A stretch of 64,000 bases of DNA from an uncultured Chloroflexia bacterium (lineage in GTDB: Bacteria > Chloroflexota > Anaerolineae > Anaerolineales > Anaerolineaceae): positions 376,297 to 440,296 of the forward strand of contig CAWHEB010000002.1 of the NCBI GenBank assembly GCA_963828285.1, in the 5' to 3' direction. Below are positions 50,159-60,637 of this stretch, piece after piece. Under the pieces are notes generated by a model. It was not told the origin of the DNA. It saw only the letters and a program-made list of their open reading frames with translations, and ran no database searches. Both the position numbers and the translations under genes were made by a program. Position 1 is the stretch's first letter. Each line of letters opens with the position of its first letter.

Positions 50159-51515
50159 AGTAACCCTCCGTCTTCATAAGTCGTATCGTCGCAATCAGTT
50201 CGTTTTCCTGTTCTGCAAAGATTGTTCTGGGATCCAATACCAGTTCGTCATGATCGATCCTCCCAATGACTGGAGGATCAGCTGACCGTAATCGTTTCAT
50301 ACATTTTTGCGGATTCTTGGGCTTGATTGTCAGCAACCATGTAGGAAGCGTATCACCTGGAAGACTACCTCCACCTACAGTGGAAAAACCGGAAGTGATC
50401 CGTCCAAATCCCAACTCGGTCTGCCATTCTTCAGCCTTTTTTTGAATATCAGTCGCGGATTTCGAGATCATTGACCATACAGGGATATCAGATAAAGCTG
50501 TTCCGCGAAGATAATCAATCACTGTTGCGTGTAAAGCGCTCAAGCAGAGTTTATCAGCCCGGACTGCTCTGGCTAATGGATGGCGTTTGACTTTATCGAG
50601 AAGTATCTTTTTTCCCAGGATGATCCCTGCTTGAGGGCCACCCAATAATTTGTCACCGCTGAAACAGATCACATCTACTCCAGCAGATATGGATTCCTGT
50701 ACCATGGGTTCATGCGATAATCCGAATTCTTTGGTGTCGAGAAGCGCCCCGGAACCAAGATCATCAATGAAAATTGCACCATACCGGTGGGCAAGTTCAA
50801 CCAAATCGATTAATTCGGGTTCGCTTGTGTAACCGATGATTTTAAAATTTGACGAATGAGCCCTGACAACGATCTTGGCACCTTCGATCAGTTTGTCTTC
50901 GTAATCGTCCAGGTGAACCTGATTTGTGGTCCCCACTTCGATCAGTTTTACACCTGATTGCCGCATCACATCAGGGATTCGAAATCCGCCACCAATTTCA
51001 ACTAGTTGACTGCGTGAGATGATCGCTTTTTTTCGGTTTCCTAGCGAGGTTAATACTAATAGCACAGCTGCAGCGTTGTTATTGACAACCAGAGCTGCTT
51101 CAGCATGAGTTAATTGAGTCAATACCTGATTCAGATGGTCGTGGCGGGAGCCACGGGTCCCTTTATCTAGATCAAATTCGAGCGAGGAATATCCTATTGA
51201 TGTCTCGCGTACCCTATACAATGCCTCCAGGCTTATGGGCGCCCTTCCTAAATTAGTATGGAGAATCACGCCAGAAGCATTGATGACTGGACTCAGCGTT
51301 GGCATTGTCCACTTTGTTAATATTTTTCTGATTGTTGAAATGATGGCAGGTTTTTCGGAAGAAAACATAACCTTCTCGTTACGCATATCATCCAGAACAT
51401 GGCGGGCAGCTTCAACAGTCAGGTTATGTCCGAATTCCGCAACCAGTTTTCCACACTCTGCTTCGTTGAGAATAGTTTCAATGGATGGCAGAGTGCGAAG
51501 ATCATTCATTTTCAT
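50148..51515 (-). CDS. selA: L-seryl-tRNA(Sec) selenium transferase
   Basis: PLP-lysine signature FSGDKLLGGPQAGIILGKK. SelA-length (455 aa). N-terminal LPSIETIL region. Confidence 0.9.
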   Translation of the reverse strand: MKMNDLRTLPSIETILNEAECGKLVAEFGHNLTVEAARHVLDDMRNEKVMFSSEKPAIISTIRKILTKWTMPTLSPVINASGVILHTNLGRAPISLEALYRVRETSIGYSSLEFDLDKGTRGSRHDHLNQVLTQLTHAEAALVVNNNAAAVLLVLTSLGNRKKAIISRSQLVEIGGGFRIPDVMRQSGVKLIEVGTTNQVHLDDYEDKLIEGAKIVVRAHSSNFKIIGYTSEPELIDLVELAHRYGAIFIDDLGSGALLDTKEFGLSHEPMVQESISAGVDVICFSGDKLLGGPQAGIILGKKILLDKVKRHPLARAVRADKLCLSALHATVIDYLRGTALSDIPVWSMISKSATDIQKKAEEWQTELGFGRITSGFSTVGGGSLPGDTLPTWLLTIKPKNPQKCMKRLRSADPPVIGRIDHDELVLDPRTIFAEQENELIATIRLMKTEGYFEY

Positions 51516-51981
51516 TCTGAGGAGGATTGATGGTGGTTGATGAATCGGACTCAGATGCTGATTCTTTGGATGCCGGAGACCATTGGCTTTTTTCTCTAAA
51601 GCGAATTAATCCCTCTATAATGACTAATCCAATCGCAATGATTACACCTACTGTTGGCGTAAGTATGCGGCCTAATTGAAGCCAGGTCAGAATACCGGCA
51701 TAAACTCCAATCCAACATGCCTGCCGGATTACAACAGGTGAATCGATCGGTGGATAGGATGGGAAGCGTAAGTTGAGGAAAACGATAACGGGTAGACCTG
51801 TTCCTGTCATCGCTACAGTAATGAAAAAAAAGAACAACCAACGCGGTCCTAGAGTTGGCAGTGTGGTTATGATCAGATAGATAACACCCAACCAACCTAC
51901 CAAAGCCAAAAGAATTGAAAACGGCAGAAATGAGCCGAAAGCAGGTAATTTTCGATGCACCGGGATAGGTTCCATATTCAT
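51502..51981 (-). CDS. Hypothetical 4-TM membrane protein (start uncertain)
   Basis: Hydrophobic core ..FGSFLPFSILLALVGWLGVIYLIITTL... The long ORF to 52281 overlaps the divergent lipoprotein gene, so the internal Met at 51981 is preferred. Confidence 0.35.
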   Translation of the reverse strand: MNMEPIPVHRKLPAFGSFLPFSILLALVGWLGVIYLIITTLPTLGPRWLFFFFITVAMTGTGLPVIVFLNLRFPSYPPIDSPVVIRQACWIGVYAGILTWLQLGRILTPTVGVIIAIGLVIIEGLIRFREKSQWSPASKESASESDSSTTINPPQNENE

Positions 51982-52081
51982 TTTGATTATATCCTGATTT
52001 GGGTTGAGGGTATCTGCTAAAGATTTGTGAACTGTATATAATGGACTGGTACAATCAGATGAAAATGGAGAAGATGCACTC

Positions 52082-53641
52082 ATGAGAAAATTTCTTGTCA
52101 TTGTTTTAGTCATCGTTTCCTTATCAGGTTGCAATGGTTTTGAGAAAAGGCTGAATCCTCCCGATAATACAATGACTGAATATCCACAGGATACTCCTGA
52201 AGTTGAATCCTCAAGTCCATTAATCGATGTGTTAAGTTTGGACTGGAATGATTCAAGGAATTTTATTTCCAGGTTACGCAAGGGTCACCAGGAATTATTA
52301 CTCGGGATAAAAGATGCGCCAGAATATCACATCAAAGTCGACATCTCATCCAATTTGAAAGTGATCACAGGAGAAGAGACTATTCAATTCGTGAACACAG
52401 AGGACCAATCCCTTAACAAACTTGTTTTTCACATCTATCCATCTCTTTTTGGCTCAAAGGTTACCATCTCCAATCTCAAGATCAATCAAATCCCATCTTC
52501 TTATCAACTTGATAGTTCCAAAGGGTTGCTAACCATTGATTTAGATTCTCCATCCAAAGTCGGAGAAATTGTAATTGTTAGTATGGAATTTTTATACTCA
52601 ATGCCGTCTGATTCTAGCTCAAATTACAATATTTTCAGTTCAAAGGATGGACTAGTTACTCTCGCACACTTCTATCCTATGTTGGCTGTTTTTGATGAGG
52701 ACGGTTGGCATGAAGAGTTACCAGCATTGTTGGGTGACGTAACATACTCGGACGCTGCTAGCTATATTGTTGCGGTAACTGCTCCCAAAGAACTTATCCT
52801 TATAGGTTCAGGATCGATTATTAATTCAGCATCGGACAAATATCGCCAAACTGTGGTTTTTTCAGCTGCGCCTGCCCGTGATTTTTTTCTGGCAGCCGGA
52901 AATGATCTCCAGAAACAAAGCACTAAGTTCATGGATATCACCATCAATTCATATGCGCCATCTTCATTGAATGCAGGATCGCTTGCAGCGGTCTCTACTG
53001 CAGAAAAAGCGATCGAGGTATTTGATAAATTGATTGGAGAATATCCATATTCGGAATTCGATGTGATAGCCACACATACTTCTGCGTTAGGTGTTGAATA
53101 TCCCGGCTTGACGACGATCAACCAGGATCTCTACTATGTTGACGATACAACCAATGGGATTCCGGTTCGGGTGTATCAGGAATCTGTAATTACACACGAG
53201 GTTGGGCACCAATGGTTCTATAACATGGTGGGGAATGATCAACTAAATGATCCCTGGCTGGATGAATCACTTACTCAATTCATTACTTATGATTTCTACA
53301 GGACTCAATATGGGGAAAAAAGCGCAAAAAATTACCTTAATTCATTTTACGATCGTTGGGATTCTGTGAGTCGGGAAGGAATACCAATAGGTTTGCCTGT
53401 ATCAGAATACTCTGATTCAAATTATGGTGCAATCATTTACGGCAGAGGCCCCATTTTCTTTTCTATTTTGGAATCAAAAATTGGCGAGGAGAAAATGGGG
53501 AGATTCTTGGAAGAATATTTTAAAGAATATTTATGGAAAAATGTAACACCAATGGATCTACAAGCAAAGATTGAGTCGATTTGCGAGTGCGACCTCTCTT
53601 CAGAGTTTATCAGCTGGGTTGGTAAGGACTTCACTCAATAA
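52082..53641 (+). CDS. M1-like gluzincin metallopeptidase lipoprotein
   Basis: Lipobox VSLSGC. HEXXH..E: VITHEVGHQWFYNMVGNDQLNDPWLDESLTQF. Confidence 0.75.
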   Translation: MRKFLVIVLVIVSLSGCNGFEKRLNPPDNTMTEYPQDTPEVESSSPLIDVLSLDWNDSRNFISRLRKGHQELLLGIKDAPEYHIKVDISSNLKVITGEETIQFVNTEDQSLNKLVFHIYPSLFGSKVTISNLKINQIPSSYQLDSSKGLLTIDLDSPSKVGEIVIVSMEFLYSMPSDSSSNYNIFSSKDGLVTLAHFYPMLAVFDEDGWHEELPALLGDVTYSDAASYIVAVTAPKELILIGSGSIINSASDKYRQTVVFSAAPARDFFLAAGNDLQKQSTKFMDITINSYAPSSLNAGSLAAVSTAEKAIEVFDKLIGEYPYSEFDVIATHTSALGVEYPGLTTINQDLYYVDDTTNGIPVRVYQESVITHEVGHQWFYNMVGNDQLNDPWLDESLTQFITYDFYRTQYGEKSAKNYLNSFYDRWDSVSREGIPIGLPVSEYSDSNYGAIIYGRGPIFFSILESKIGEEKMGRFLEEYFKEYLWKNVTPMDLQAKIESICECDLSSEFISWVGKDFTQ

Positions 53642-53700
53642 CAAAAAATTCTCCAAATTGTATTGGAGAATTTCGTCGTTCAATTAGTTTTTGGACTGAA

Positions 53701-54417
53701 CTAACCCTGGGTTTCTAAAGGTTCAGCGATGATAAATAACCTTCCCCATGAAGGTTCACCATCTTTGGCAACGCAAGTTTGAAGGACCAGATGGGGTTCT
53801 CCCTGATACATTTTTTGGAAGAGCTGCCCTGCGGTGATTTGTTCTTCTGATTCCAAGTCAACGAACTTTGATGATGTGCTATTCGGTGAAAGCGCCTGGA
53901 ATTGGTTTATGGATGTCACAACATACTGTGTTCCCAAACCATCCCCATTTGCCACTGTGATTACATCACCCTGTACGACCGAACTGAAACTGCTGCCCGC
54001 CAGGTAGTTGTGTGCCAATAAGCCAATTACGCCGTAATCGGATGCGGGAGCAAATTGAGTAACTACTCCCTGAATTGTTGAAACAAAACCTGCCTGTCCG
54101 GTTGGTTGCTGAACAATACGGAGGGCGAAAGTATCCTCCAGATAGATCCCTTTAAGTACTGTTTCATCTGTATCAAGAGCTAAAATGAATTCTGTAACCG
54201 AGATATTCGGAGCCAGTGATGATACTAATGTTGTTGTACTATCTGTGACAGGGATAACAGAAGCCGATACTGCTGAAATCGGAAAAACACTCATCAGTAA
54301 GATTGCTGAAAGTGAAGAAATTTGAATTAATTTACGCAAAAGACTTGTCATCGTATCCTTTGATGACAAGGGCATTGAGATTTCTCGGGATTGAAAGGAG
54401 GGGAGGAGGAAATTCAC
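53701..54417 (-). CDS. Sortase-family transpeptidase
   Basis: Signal/TM anchor. Catalytic His (LAHNYLAG), TLxTC-type Cys motif (HLVLQTCVA), conserved Arg downstream (WGRLF). Confidence 0.65.
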   Translation of the reverse strand: MNFLLPSFQSREISMPLSSKDTMTSLLRKLIQISSLSAILLMSVFPISAVSASVIPVTDSTTTLVSSLAPNISVTEFILALDTDETVLKGIYLEDTFALRIVQQPTGQAGFVSTIQGVVTQFAPASDYGVIGLLAHNYLAGSSFSSVVQGDVITVANGDGLGTQYVVTSINQFQALSPNSTSSKFVDLESEEQITAGQLFQKMYQGEPHLVLQTCVAKDGEPSWGRLFIIAEPLETQG

Positions 54418-54863
54418 CGCAGACGAAGGTTCGGCGGCTTGGCAATCATGGCTGGAAACTCCCCAACTTTAGATCCATAGCTTTGCGACCCCGGTTTTCA
54501 CCAGGTGTGCCCTTGTCGGTCATTCGTTTGTAAATGTGCGAGTTGTTTCGTTAGTAAGATTATAGGTTAGGCGTGCGTTAGGTTTAGGATATACACCTTA
54601 CAAGAACCTTACAAAACGGTTGAGTCTAATATATTAAGCATATTTGCATCATCTTTGTCTAATTTCAACCAATTCCTTATCCTATATCGGAAAAATAAAG
54701 TGGAATTTTTCTTTAAGTACACATTATGCAAACATTCTCCATTCGTGTTGCATTTGTCTGACATTTGGATATATAATTTTATTGATTAGCGATAAATCTG
54801 CCTGAAAGTTATAAATATCCAAGAACAAAATCCTTATCAAGTAGACGAAAGGAATAAAAATCC

Positions 54864-56774
54864 ATGTCAGCCGCTCCGAAGAGATTTACACCTACCGTAT
54901 TAAAAATTCTAAGTCCTGTACCATCAGATATTGACATAGCTCAAGCAGCAACTCTGAAACATATTTCTCAAGTTGCTGAGGAAGTTGGGATACATCCCGA
55001 GGAGCTGGAGTTTTACGGACCATACAAAGCAAAGGTAAAACTTGAAATTTTAGAGCGGTTAAAAGATCGGCCGAATGGTGTTTATGTGGACGTTACAGCG
55101 ATAACACCCACTCCCCTTGGCGAAGGTAAAACCACTACGACAGTTGGATTGAGTCAAGCGTTAGGTGCCCACCTTGGGAAAAAAGTTATCACATGCATCC
55201 GTCAGCCAAGCCAGGGTCCTACATTTGGAATCAAGGGCGGCGCCGCGGGTGGTGGATACAGCCAGGTGATCCCCATGGAAGATTTCAACCTTCACCTGAC
55301 CGGGGATATTCATGCAATCACAGCCGCTAATAATTTGATGGCAGCAGCTATCGATGCCCGTATGTTGCATGAATCCGAAGCCACAGATGAACAGTTATTC
55401 AATCGGCTTTGCCCTCCAGACAAGAAGGGAAACCGTCGATTTGGAAAAGGATTAATAGGCAGGCTCAAGAAACTAGGCATCACAAAGACAGATCCAATCC
55501 AACTGACTGCCGAGGAAAAGCATAAGCTCTGCAGATTGGATATCGATCCCGACACCATCACCTGGAAACGGGTTTTTGATACTAGTGATCAATTCATGCG
55601 AGCCATCACCATTGGTGAAGGGGATGAAGAAAAAGGTCACGAAAGGAAGACTGGTTTTGACATAGCTGTCGCAAGTGAGATTATGGCTGTATTAGCACTC
55701 ACCACCAGTCTGAAAGATATGCGTGAGAGACTCGGAAAAATGGTCATTGGCCTCTCCCGCTCAGGCGAAGCGATCAATGCAGATGATATGGGGATTGCAG
55801 GCGCTCTGACAGTATTGATGCGCGATGCCATCAAACCCAACCTGATGCAGACTCTGGAAGGAACTCCTGTTTTTGTCCACGCTGGACCTTTTGCCAATAT
55901 CGCTCATGGGAACAGCTCTATTCTGGCAGATCAGATCGCTTTGAAATTAGCTGATTATGTCATTACCGAATCCGGTTTTGGTGCGGATATTGGTATGGAA
56001 AAGTTTATGGATATCAAGTGCCGCGCTTCTGGACTTGTACCCAATGTAGTTGTTCTTGTAGCCACTGTTCGAGCCCTGAAGATGCACGGCGGCGGTCCTA
56101 AGGTGGTAGCAGGCAAACCTTTGGACCCAGCATATACGGACGAAAATCTTGAATTATTGAAAGCCGGTTTACCCAACATGCAGCATCATATCAAGATCGC
56201 ACGTAAATTCGGAGTCCCGGTAGTGGTTGCGGTGAATACATTCGCCACTGATACCCCGGCGGAATTGGAAATGATCCGCAATGGCGCGTTGGAAGCAGGT
56301 GCGGAAGATGCAGTGGTAGCAAAACATTACGGTGAAGGCGGAGCAGGGGCGAAAGCTTTAGGTGAAGCAGTCATTAAGGCAGCTGAAAAACCAGCCAAGT
56401 TTAAATTCCTTTATCCTCTTGAGAAAACAATTAAGGAGAAGATCGAAATCATTGCTACAGAAGTCTACGGAGCAGATGGTGTCGATTATTCTCCGGAATC
56501 TGAGGAACAAATCGCTAATTACACAAGGCTTGGATTTGATAAATTGCCAATTTGCATGGCGAAAACTCATTTATCTTTGACCGCTGATCCATTGATCAAG
56601 GGAGTTCCAAAAGGATTCAGGATCACGGTCCGCGAGATTCGGGCATCGGTCGGTGCTGGTTTCCTTTATCCTTTGCTGGGGAAGATGAGCACTATGCCTG
56701 GTTTGCCGACCAGACCAGCCTTCTATGATATCGACCTGGATCTGGAAACCGGCAAGGTTTTGGGCTTGTTCTAG
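54864..56774 (+). CDS. fhs: Formate--tetrahydrofolate ligase (long form with insertion)
   Basis: Signature [15 protein letters not shown]. Full-length FTHFS. Confidence 0.95.
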   Translation: MSAAPKRFTPTVLKILSPVPSDIDIAQAATLKHISQVAEEVGIHPEELEFYGPYKAKVKLEILERLKDRPNGVYVDVTAITPTPLGEGKTTTTVGLSQALGAHLGKKVITCIRQPSQGPTFGIKGGAAGGGYSQVIPMEDFNLHLTGDIHAITAANNLMAAAIDARMLHESEATDEQLFNRLCPPDKKGNRRFGKGLIGRLKKLGITKTDPIQLTAEEKHKLCRLDIDPDTITWKRVFDTSDQFMRAITIGEGDEEKGHERKTGFDIAVASEIMAVLALTTSLKDMRERLGKMVIGLSRSGEAINADDMGIAGALTVLMRDAIKPNLMQTLEGTPVFVHAGPFANIAHGNSSILADQIALKLADYVITESGFGADIGMEKFMDIKCRASGLVPNVVVLVATVRALKMHGGGPKVVAGKPLDPAYTDENLELLKAGLPNMQHHIKIARKFGVPVVVAVNTFATDTPAELEMIRNGALEAGAEDAVVAKHYGEGGAGAKALGEAVIKAAEKPAKFKFLYPLEKTIKEKIEIIATEVYGADGVDYSPESEEQIANYTRLGFDKLPICMAKTHLSLTADPLIKGVPKGFRITVREIRASVGAGFLYPLLGKMSTMPGLPTRPAFYDIDLDLETGKVLGLF

Positions 56775-56797
56775 AATTTCTAAGTTTTGTTCAAGTG

Positions 56798-56828
56798 AAA
56801 GGGCAGACACAGAGGTCTGCCCTTTTTG
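56798..56828 (+). terminator. Rho-independent terminator after fhs
   Basis: AAAGGGCAGAC-acagag-GTCTGCCCTTTTTG. Confidence 0.8.
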
Positions 56829-56939
56829 ACTAATTTTTCATGGCTTAACCAATTGAGAACCAGCCTAAAACAACTCATAAGCAGGTTTTTGGTTGTGCTT
56901 ATTTAGGAAATGATTACAGAATACAATTCACGACTCTGA

Positions 56940-59753
56940 TTATCCCTCGTTCAACCACTTTTCCACAGTCTTTGGTAGATCAAGCGAACTACCCGATCGT
57001 TGGGTGCAATGGGGTAATGAATCGATGAACATCCGGCCGTATTTCTTAGTCAGAATGCGCCGATCCAGAATGACTACTGCTCCGCGGTCAGATTTATTGC
57101 GAATCAAACGCCCAAATCCCTGTCTGAAACGCAAGATCGCTTCCGGGAGACTATATTCATTGAATGGATCATCGAATGTCTCCGATCGAGCGGCGATGAT
57201 CGGGTCACTGGGTACATCAAATGGTACTTTTGTGATCACAACCACAGAAAGAGACTGTCCTGGGATATCCACCCCTTCCCAGAAGGAACGAGTACCCAAC
57301 AATACACTCTTTTCATTCGATTTAAAGCTCTCCAGCAAACTAGCAGCAGAGGCTCCCTCACCCTGCTCATACACGGTGATCCCTTTCTCAGCCAGAATAG
57401 GATTAAGATAATTAGATGTCTGTTTTAACTGGGAATAGTTCGTGAAAAGAACCAGCATTCTACCGTGCGTCTGTTTGGCAAGCCGTACAAGTGTATTGTT
57501 CAACTCCGCCTGATATGGTTGCCCAGTGGTCGGTTCAGGGATGTCATTCACCAGATATAGCAATGCTGAATTCTCATAATCAAACGGAGAATCCACAGCC
57601 AATTCATCCGCATCCTCTGCATTCAACCTGCCGCGGATATACGAGAAATCACCGGCAGCGGTTAAAGTCGCCGATGTCACGATAATGCTGCTCTTTTGAA
57701 GCCAGAGGTGTTTTTCCATCAGCGAACCAATATGTAGCGGAGCGGCGTTCAGGCTTAGCTGAGTTCCCGTATTATTGATCTCAACCCAGTAGATCTGGTC
57801 GGATGATGGAGCGGAAACCAAACCATTCACATTACGTTGAACATCGGTAAATCTGCGGATCAGCGTGCCCAGATTCGCCTGAACATCCAATAAATCGTCA
57901 CCGGGCTCTTTGAATTTCTCTCCGATCCATTGGTGGATCTCAACAAGACGCAATAACAGAACTTTGAAGGTTTCGTTAAGTTCATCCCAGGCCATCTCCA
58001 CTTCAGTCCAATCCGGTTGAGCTCGGACAGCGGGGATGACACGTATCTGTTGACTGTATTGAACTACCTGTCTGCCGGATGATTGAAGTTTGATAAATTC
58101 ATCTATCGAGCGAAAAAACTGGATGGCATTGTTTTGTAATCTCGCAGCAGAATCAGTGGATTGCTTAATAGCTTTTTCCTGCTGTGCGAGTTCGGAAGGT
58201 TGAACTACCTTATAGATTACATTCAGATAACGACCCAAAACACCTGTGGAAGAACCACCTAACTCACGCAACATGCGGTCAAGCTCATATTGTGTGACAC
58301 GGAAGGATAACGCATTTGTCGTGGCATCCTCGAGATGATGACCTTCATCGATCACCAGATACTGATATTCCGGCAATACCCGGCTGCCTGTGGCAATATC
58401 TGCGAGTAGTAAGGCGTGGTTCACAACAATCACATGAGCAGATTGAGCGGCCATACGGGCTTTATAAAACGGACAGGCACCACCAGTTCGTTTGATGCAA
58501 TTCTCCATCGAACAGCCTTCATCATCTGCAGAAAGGCGGTTCCAGGCATCCCGTTCATCGGGTCCGGTCAAGTTGATTTCAGTCCGGTCGCCAGAGCCTC
58601 CCTGATTCAACCAAACCATGATCTTCGCCAACACCCGCAGCTCTTCCTCGCTGGATGGAGGACGCATGCGAGCCGCTTCCAATCGTCTTGGACAGAGGTA
58701 ATTACCTTTTCCTTTTAATACGCTGGCTCTGAAGTCAATTCCCGTGGCAGCTTTTAGATCTGGAATATCTTTTGAGATCAGCTGCTCCTGCAAGTTGATC
58801 GTGTTCGTAGAGATGATCACCCGGCTTTGGTTCTGTGTAGCCCATAGTACAGCAGGGATCAAGTAAGCAAAGGATTTGCCGGTTCCTGTGCCGGCTTCGA
58901 CGAATAGGTGAGCCTGGTCATTGAACGATTGAGCCACCTTTTTCAGCATCGCCACCTGTTCAGAGCGGTGTTCATACCCATTGAAGTATTTGGAGAATGC
59001 CCCATCCCCTTCTAGGATTGCAGCAGCTTCATCCACATCCAGAGGGGTGATCGTCTCCACTGGTTTCAATGGTGGCAACGGCATCCCCGATTTTTCAAAA
59101 AGCCCATAGATATCCATATTGCCAGATTTTCGCGGAACAATTCCAGCTTTCATTTTCTGCTGGAACGCCCATTCAAAGGGAAGCCTGCCATCCCAGGTCC
59201 GGGATTTGCTGAGATGGAGGATCTCCCGCAAAAGATCCGTACTCAACCCGTTTTCTGGATCCATAATTCTTTCAAAAAGCTTTTGGTAAACACGAGCTGT
59301 CAAGCGTGCGTCATTTACAGCACGATGCAGTTCATCATCCAGTGGAATACCGAGTTCCACTCCCAAGGCTCCCAGGTTATAACGGCGCGCTTGAGGAAGA
59401 ACCACCGAAGCGATATCAAATGTATCAATGGTGGGATTCTCAGTAAAAACTGCATACTTCCGAAGGAATCCAAGATCAAAACCCAGGTTTTGGCCAAGAA
59501 TGGGGGATTTATCTACAAATACGACCAATTCGGGGATAGCAGATCGTATATCGGGAGCGTTGACGACTTGTTCATTCTTGATACCAGTCAACTGGGTAAT
59601 AAAGGGAGGGATTGGTTTACCGGGATTAATAAAGGTCTGGTATTCATCCTGAATACCATTTTCATTAAACCGAACCGCGCCGATTTCTATTATGGAGTCG
59701 CGGCGCGGATCTAATCCTGTCGTTTCGAGATCTATGGCTACAATGGATTGCAT
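56940..59753 (-). CDS. dinG: DnaQ-like 3'-5' exonuclease fused to DinG/Rad3-family Fe-S helicase
   Basis: N-terminal exonuclease motif VAIDLETTGLDP..EIGAV. Helicase DEAH box VIDEGHHLED. Four-Cys Fe-S cluster region. Motif VI QGFGRLIR. Confidence 0.9.
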   Translation of the reverse strand: MQSIVAIDLETTGLDPRRDSIIEIGAVRFNENGIQDEYQTFINPGKPIPPFITQLTGIKNEQVVNAPDIRSAIPELVVFVDKSPILGQNLGFDLGFLRKYAVFTENPTIDTFDIASVVLPQARRYNLGALGVELGIPLDDELHRAVNDARLTARVYQKLFERIMDPENGLSTDLLREILHLSKSRTWDGRLPFEWAFQQKMKAGIVPRKSGNMDIYGLFEKSGMPLPPLKPVETITPLDVDEAAAILEGDGAFSKYFNGYEHRSEQVAMLKKVAQSFNDQAHLFVEAGTGTGKSFAYLIPAVLWATQNQSRVIISTNTINLQEQLISKDIPDLKAATGIDFRASVLKGKGNYLCPRRLEAARMRPPSSEEELRVLAKIMVWLNQGGSGDRTEINLTGPDERDAWNRLSADDEGCSMENCIKRTGGACPFYKARMAAQSAHVIVVNHALLLADIATGSRVLPEYQYLVIDEGHHLEDATTNALSFRVTQYELDRMLRELGGSSTGVLGRYLNVIYKVVQPSELAQQEKAIKQSTDSAARLQNNAIQFFRSIDEFIKLQSSGRQVVQYSQQIRVIPAVRAQPDWTEVEMAWDELNETFKVLLLRLVEIHQWIGEKFKEPGDDLLDVQANLGTLIRRFTDVQRNVNGLVSAPSSDQIYWVEINNTGTQLSLNAAPLHIGSLMEKHLWLQKSSIIVTSATLTAAGDFSYIRGRLNAEDADELAVDSPFDYENSALLYLVNDIPEPTTGQPYQAELNNTLVRLAKQTHGRMLVLFTNYSQLKQTSNYLNPILAEKGITVYEQGEGASAASLLESFKSNEKSVLLGTRSFWEGVDIPGQSLSVVVITKVPFDVPSDPIIAARSETFDDPFNEYSLPEAILRFRQGFGRLIRNKSDRGAVVILDRRILTKKYGRMFIDSLPHCTQRSGSSLDLPKTVEKWLNEG

Positions 59754-59775
59754 GAGGGAATTATACCAGCCGTCT

Positions 59776-60385
59776 TTATGGGGTATCTGACGGTGTGGAT
59801 TGCCTGGGTGGTAGCATCTCCTTTAAAGCAGCCCGGGCAAGTTTATACTTTGGATCAATCTGCAAAACTCGTCTAAACAACGCCGCCGCCTTAACATTCT
59901 CAGCCAATGATTGAAATACCCTGCCAAGCAAATACAAACCATCCGTATCAGAATGTCTGAGATTTAGATAATCCACTAGGAGATTCATTCCTTCAGTCGC
60001 TCGAGATTCAATCTGGAGCAGAGCTTGAACTTTATTTTTAATGATCTGTGGATTTTCAGGATCAGTCTCTAGTGCATGCTCGATCGCTGCAAGAGAAAGC
60101 TCAGCAGCTTCCATTTAACAAGTAAGCAACACCAAGATCATTCCAAGCGGCAGAATGATCCGGGACCATCCTCGTTACTAATTCCAGTGACTCGATCGCA
60201 TCCTGATATCTTCCGGAATTAATAGAAGTTTGGGCATGTTGCCGTAGATCATCCACATTCAAGTTGAACTCATCCGGGAGCAACTTTATAAAGTCTTTTG
60301 ATGTCATATGATCCACCTGATAAATAGAATATTGAAGTAATTTTACACGATACTCTCGAGAAGCCCAGCATCGAATCAAGGTCAT
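59776..60385 (-). pseudogene. TPR-repeat protein, apparently split by a +1 frameshift near 60105
   Basis: TPR motif ..AAWNDLGVAYLLNG runs straight into ..MEAAELSLAAIEHALETDPENP across the junction of ORFs 60101..60385 and 59776..60114. Confidence 0.45.
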
Positions 60386-60538
60386 GAGTTAACAATACAC
60401 CCAGTGCCGATGTTGTATACGATGGATGATACGTGGCCAAAATAAATAAGAATCGTTCAAATTAATTCTCTTAATGTCGAAACCAGGTTCGAAAGGTATA
60501 ATTAATAAGATTAAAAAGTTTGATTTCAGACGGATCAT

Positions 60539-60547
60539 GGGGGGGGG
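60539..60547. repeat. Poly-G homopolymer (9 G) in promoter region
   Basis: catGGGGGGGGGaac, 90 nt upstream of the 60638 start. Confidence 0.9.
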
Positions 60548-60637
60548 AACTGTAAAAGCTTTTTTTATACAAGATGCATTTATTCACGCAGTCAAAAATG
60601 ATCTCATTATTCAATAAAATAATTCATTGGGGCAGTC

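Noticed and set aside
55161-56810. Minus-strand ORFs (69-86 aa) inside fhs
   Set aside because: Antisense artifacts within a highly conserved gene.
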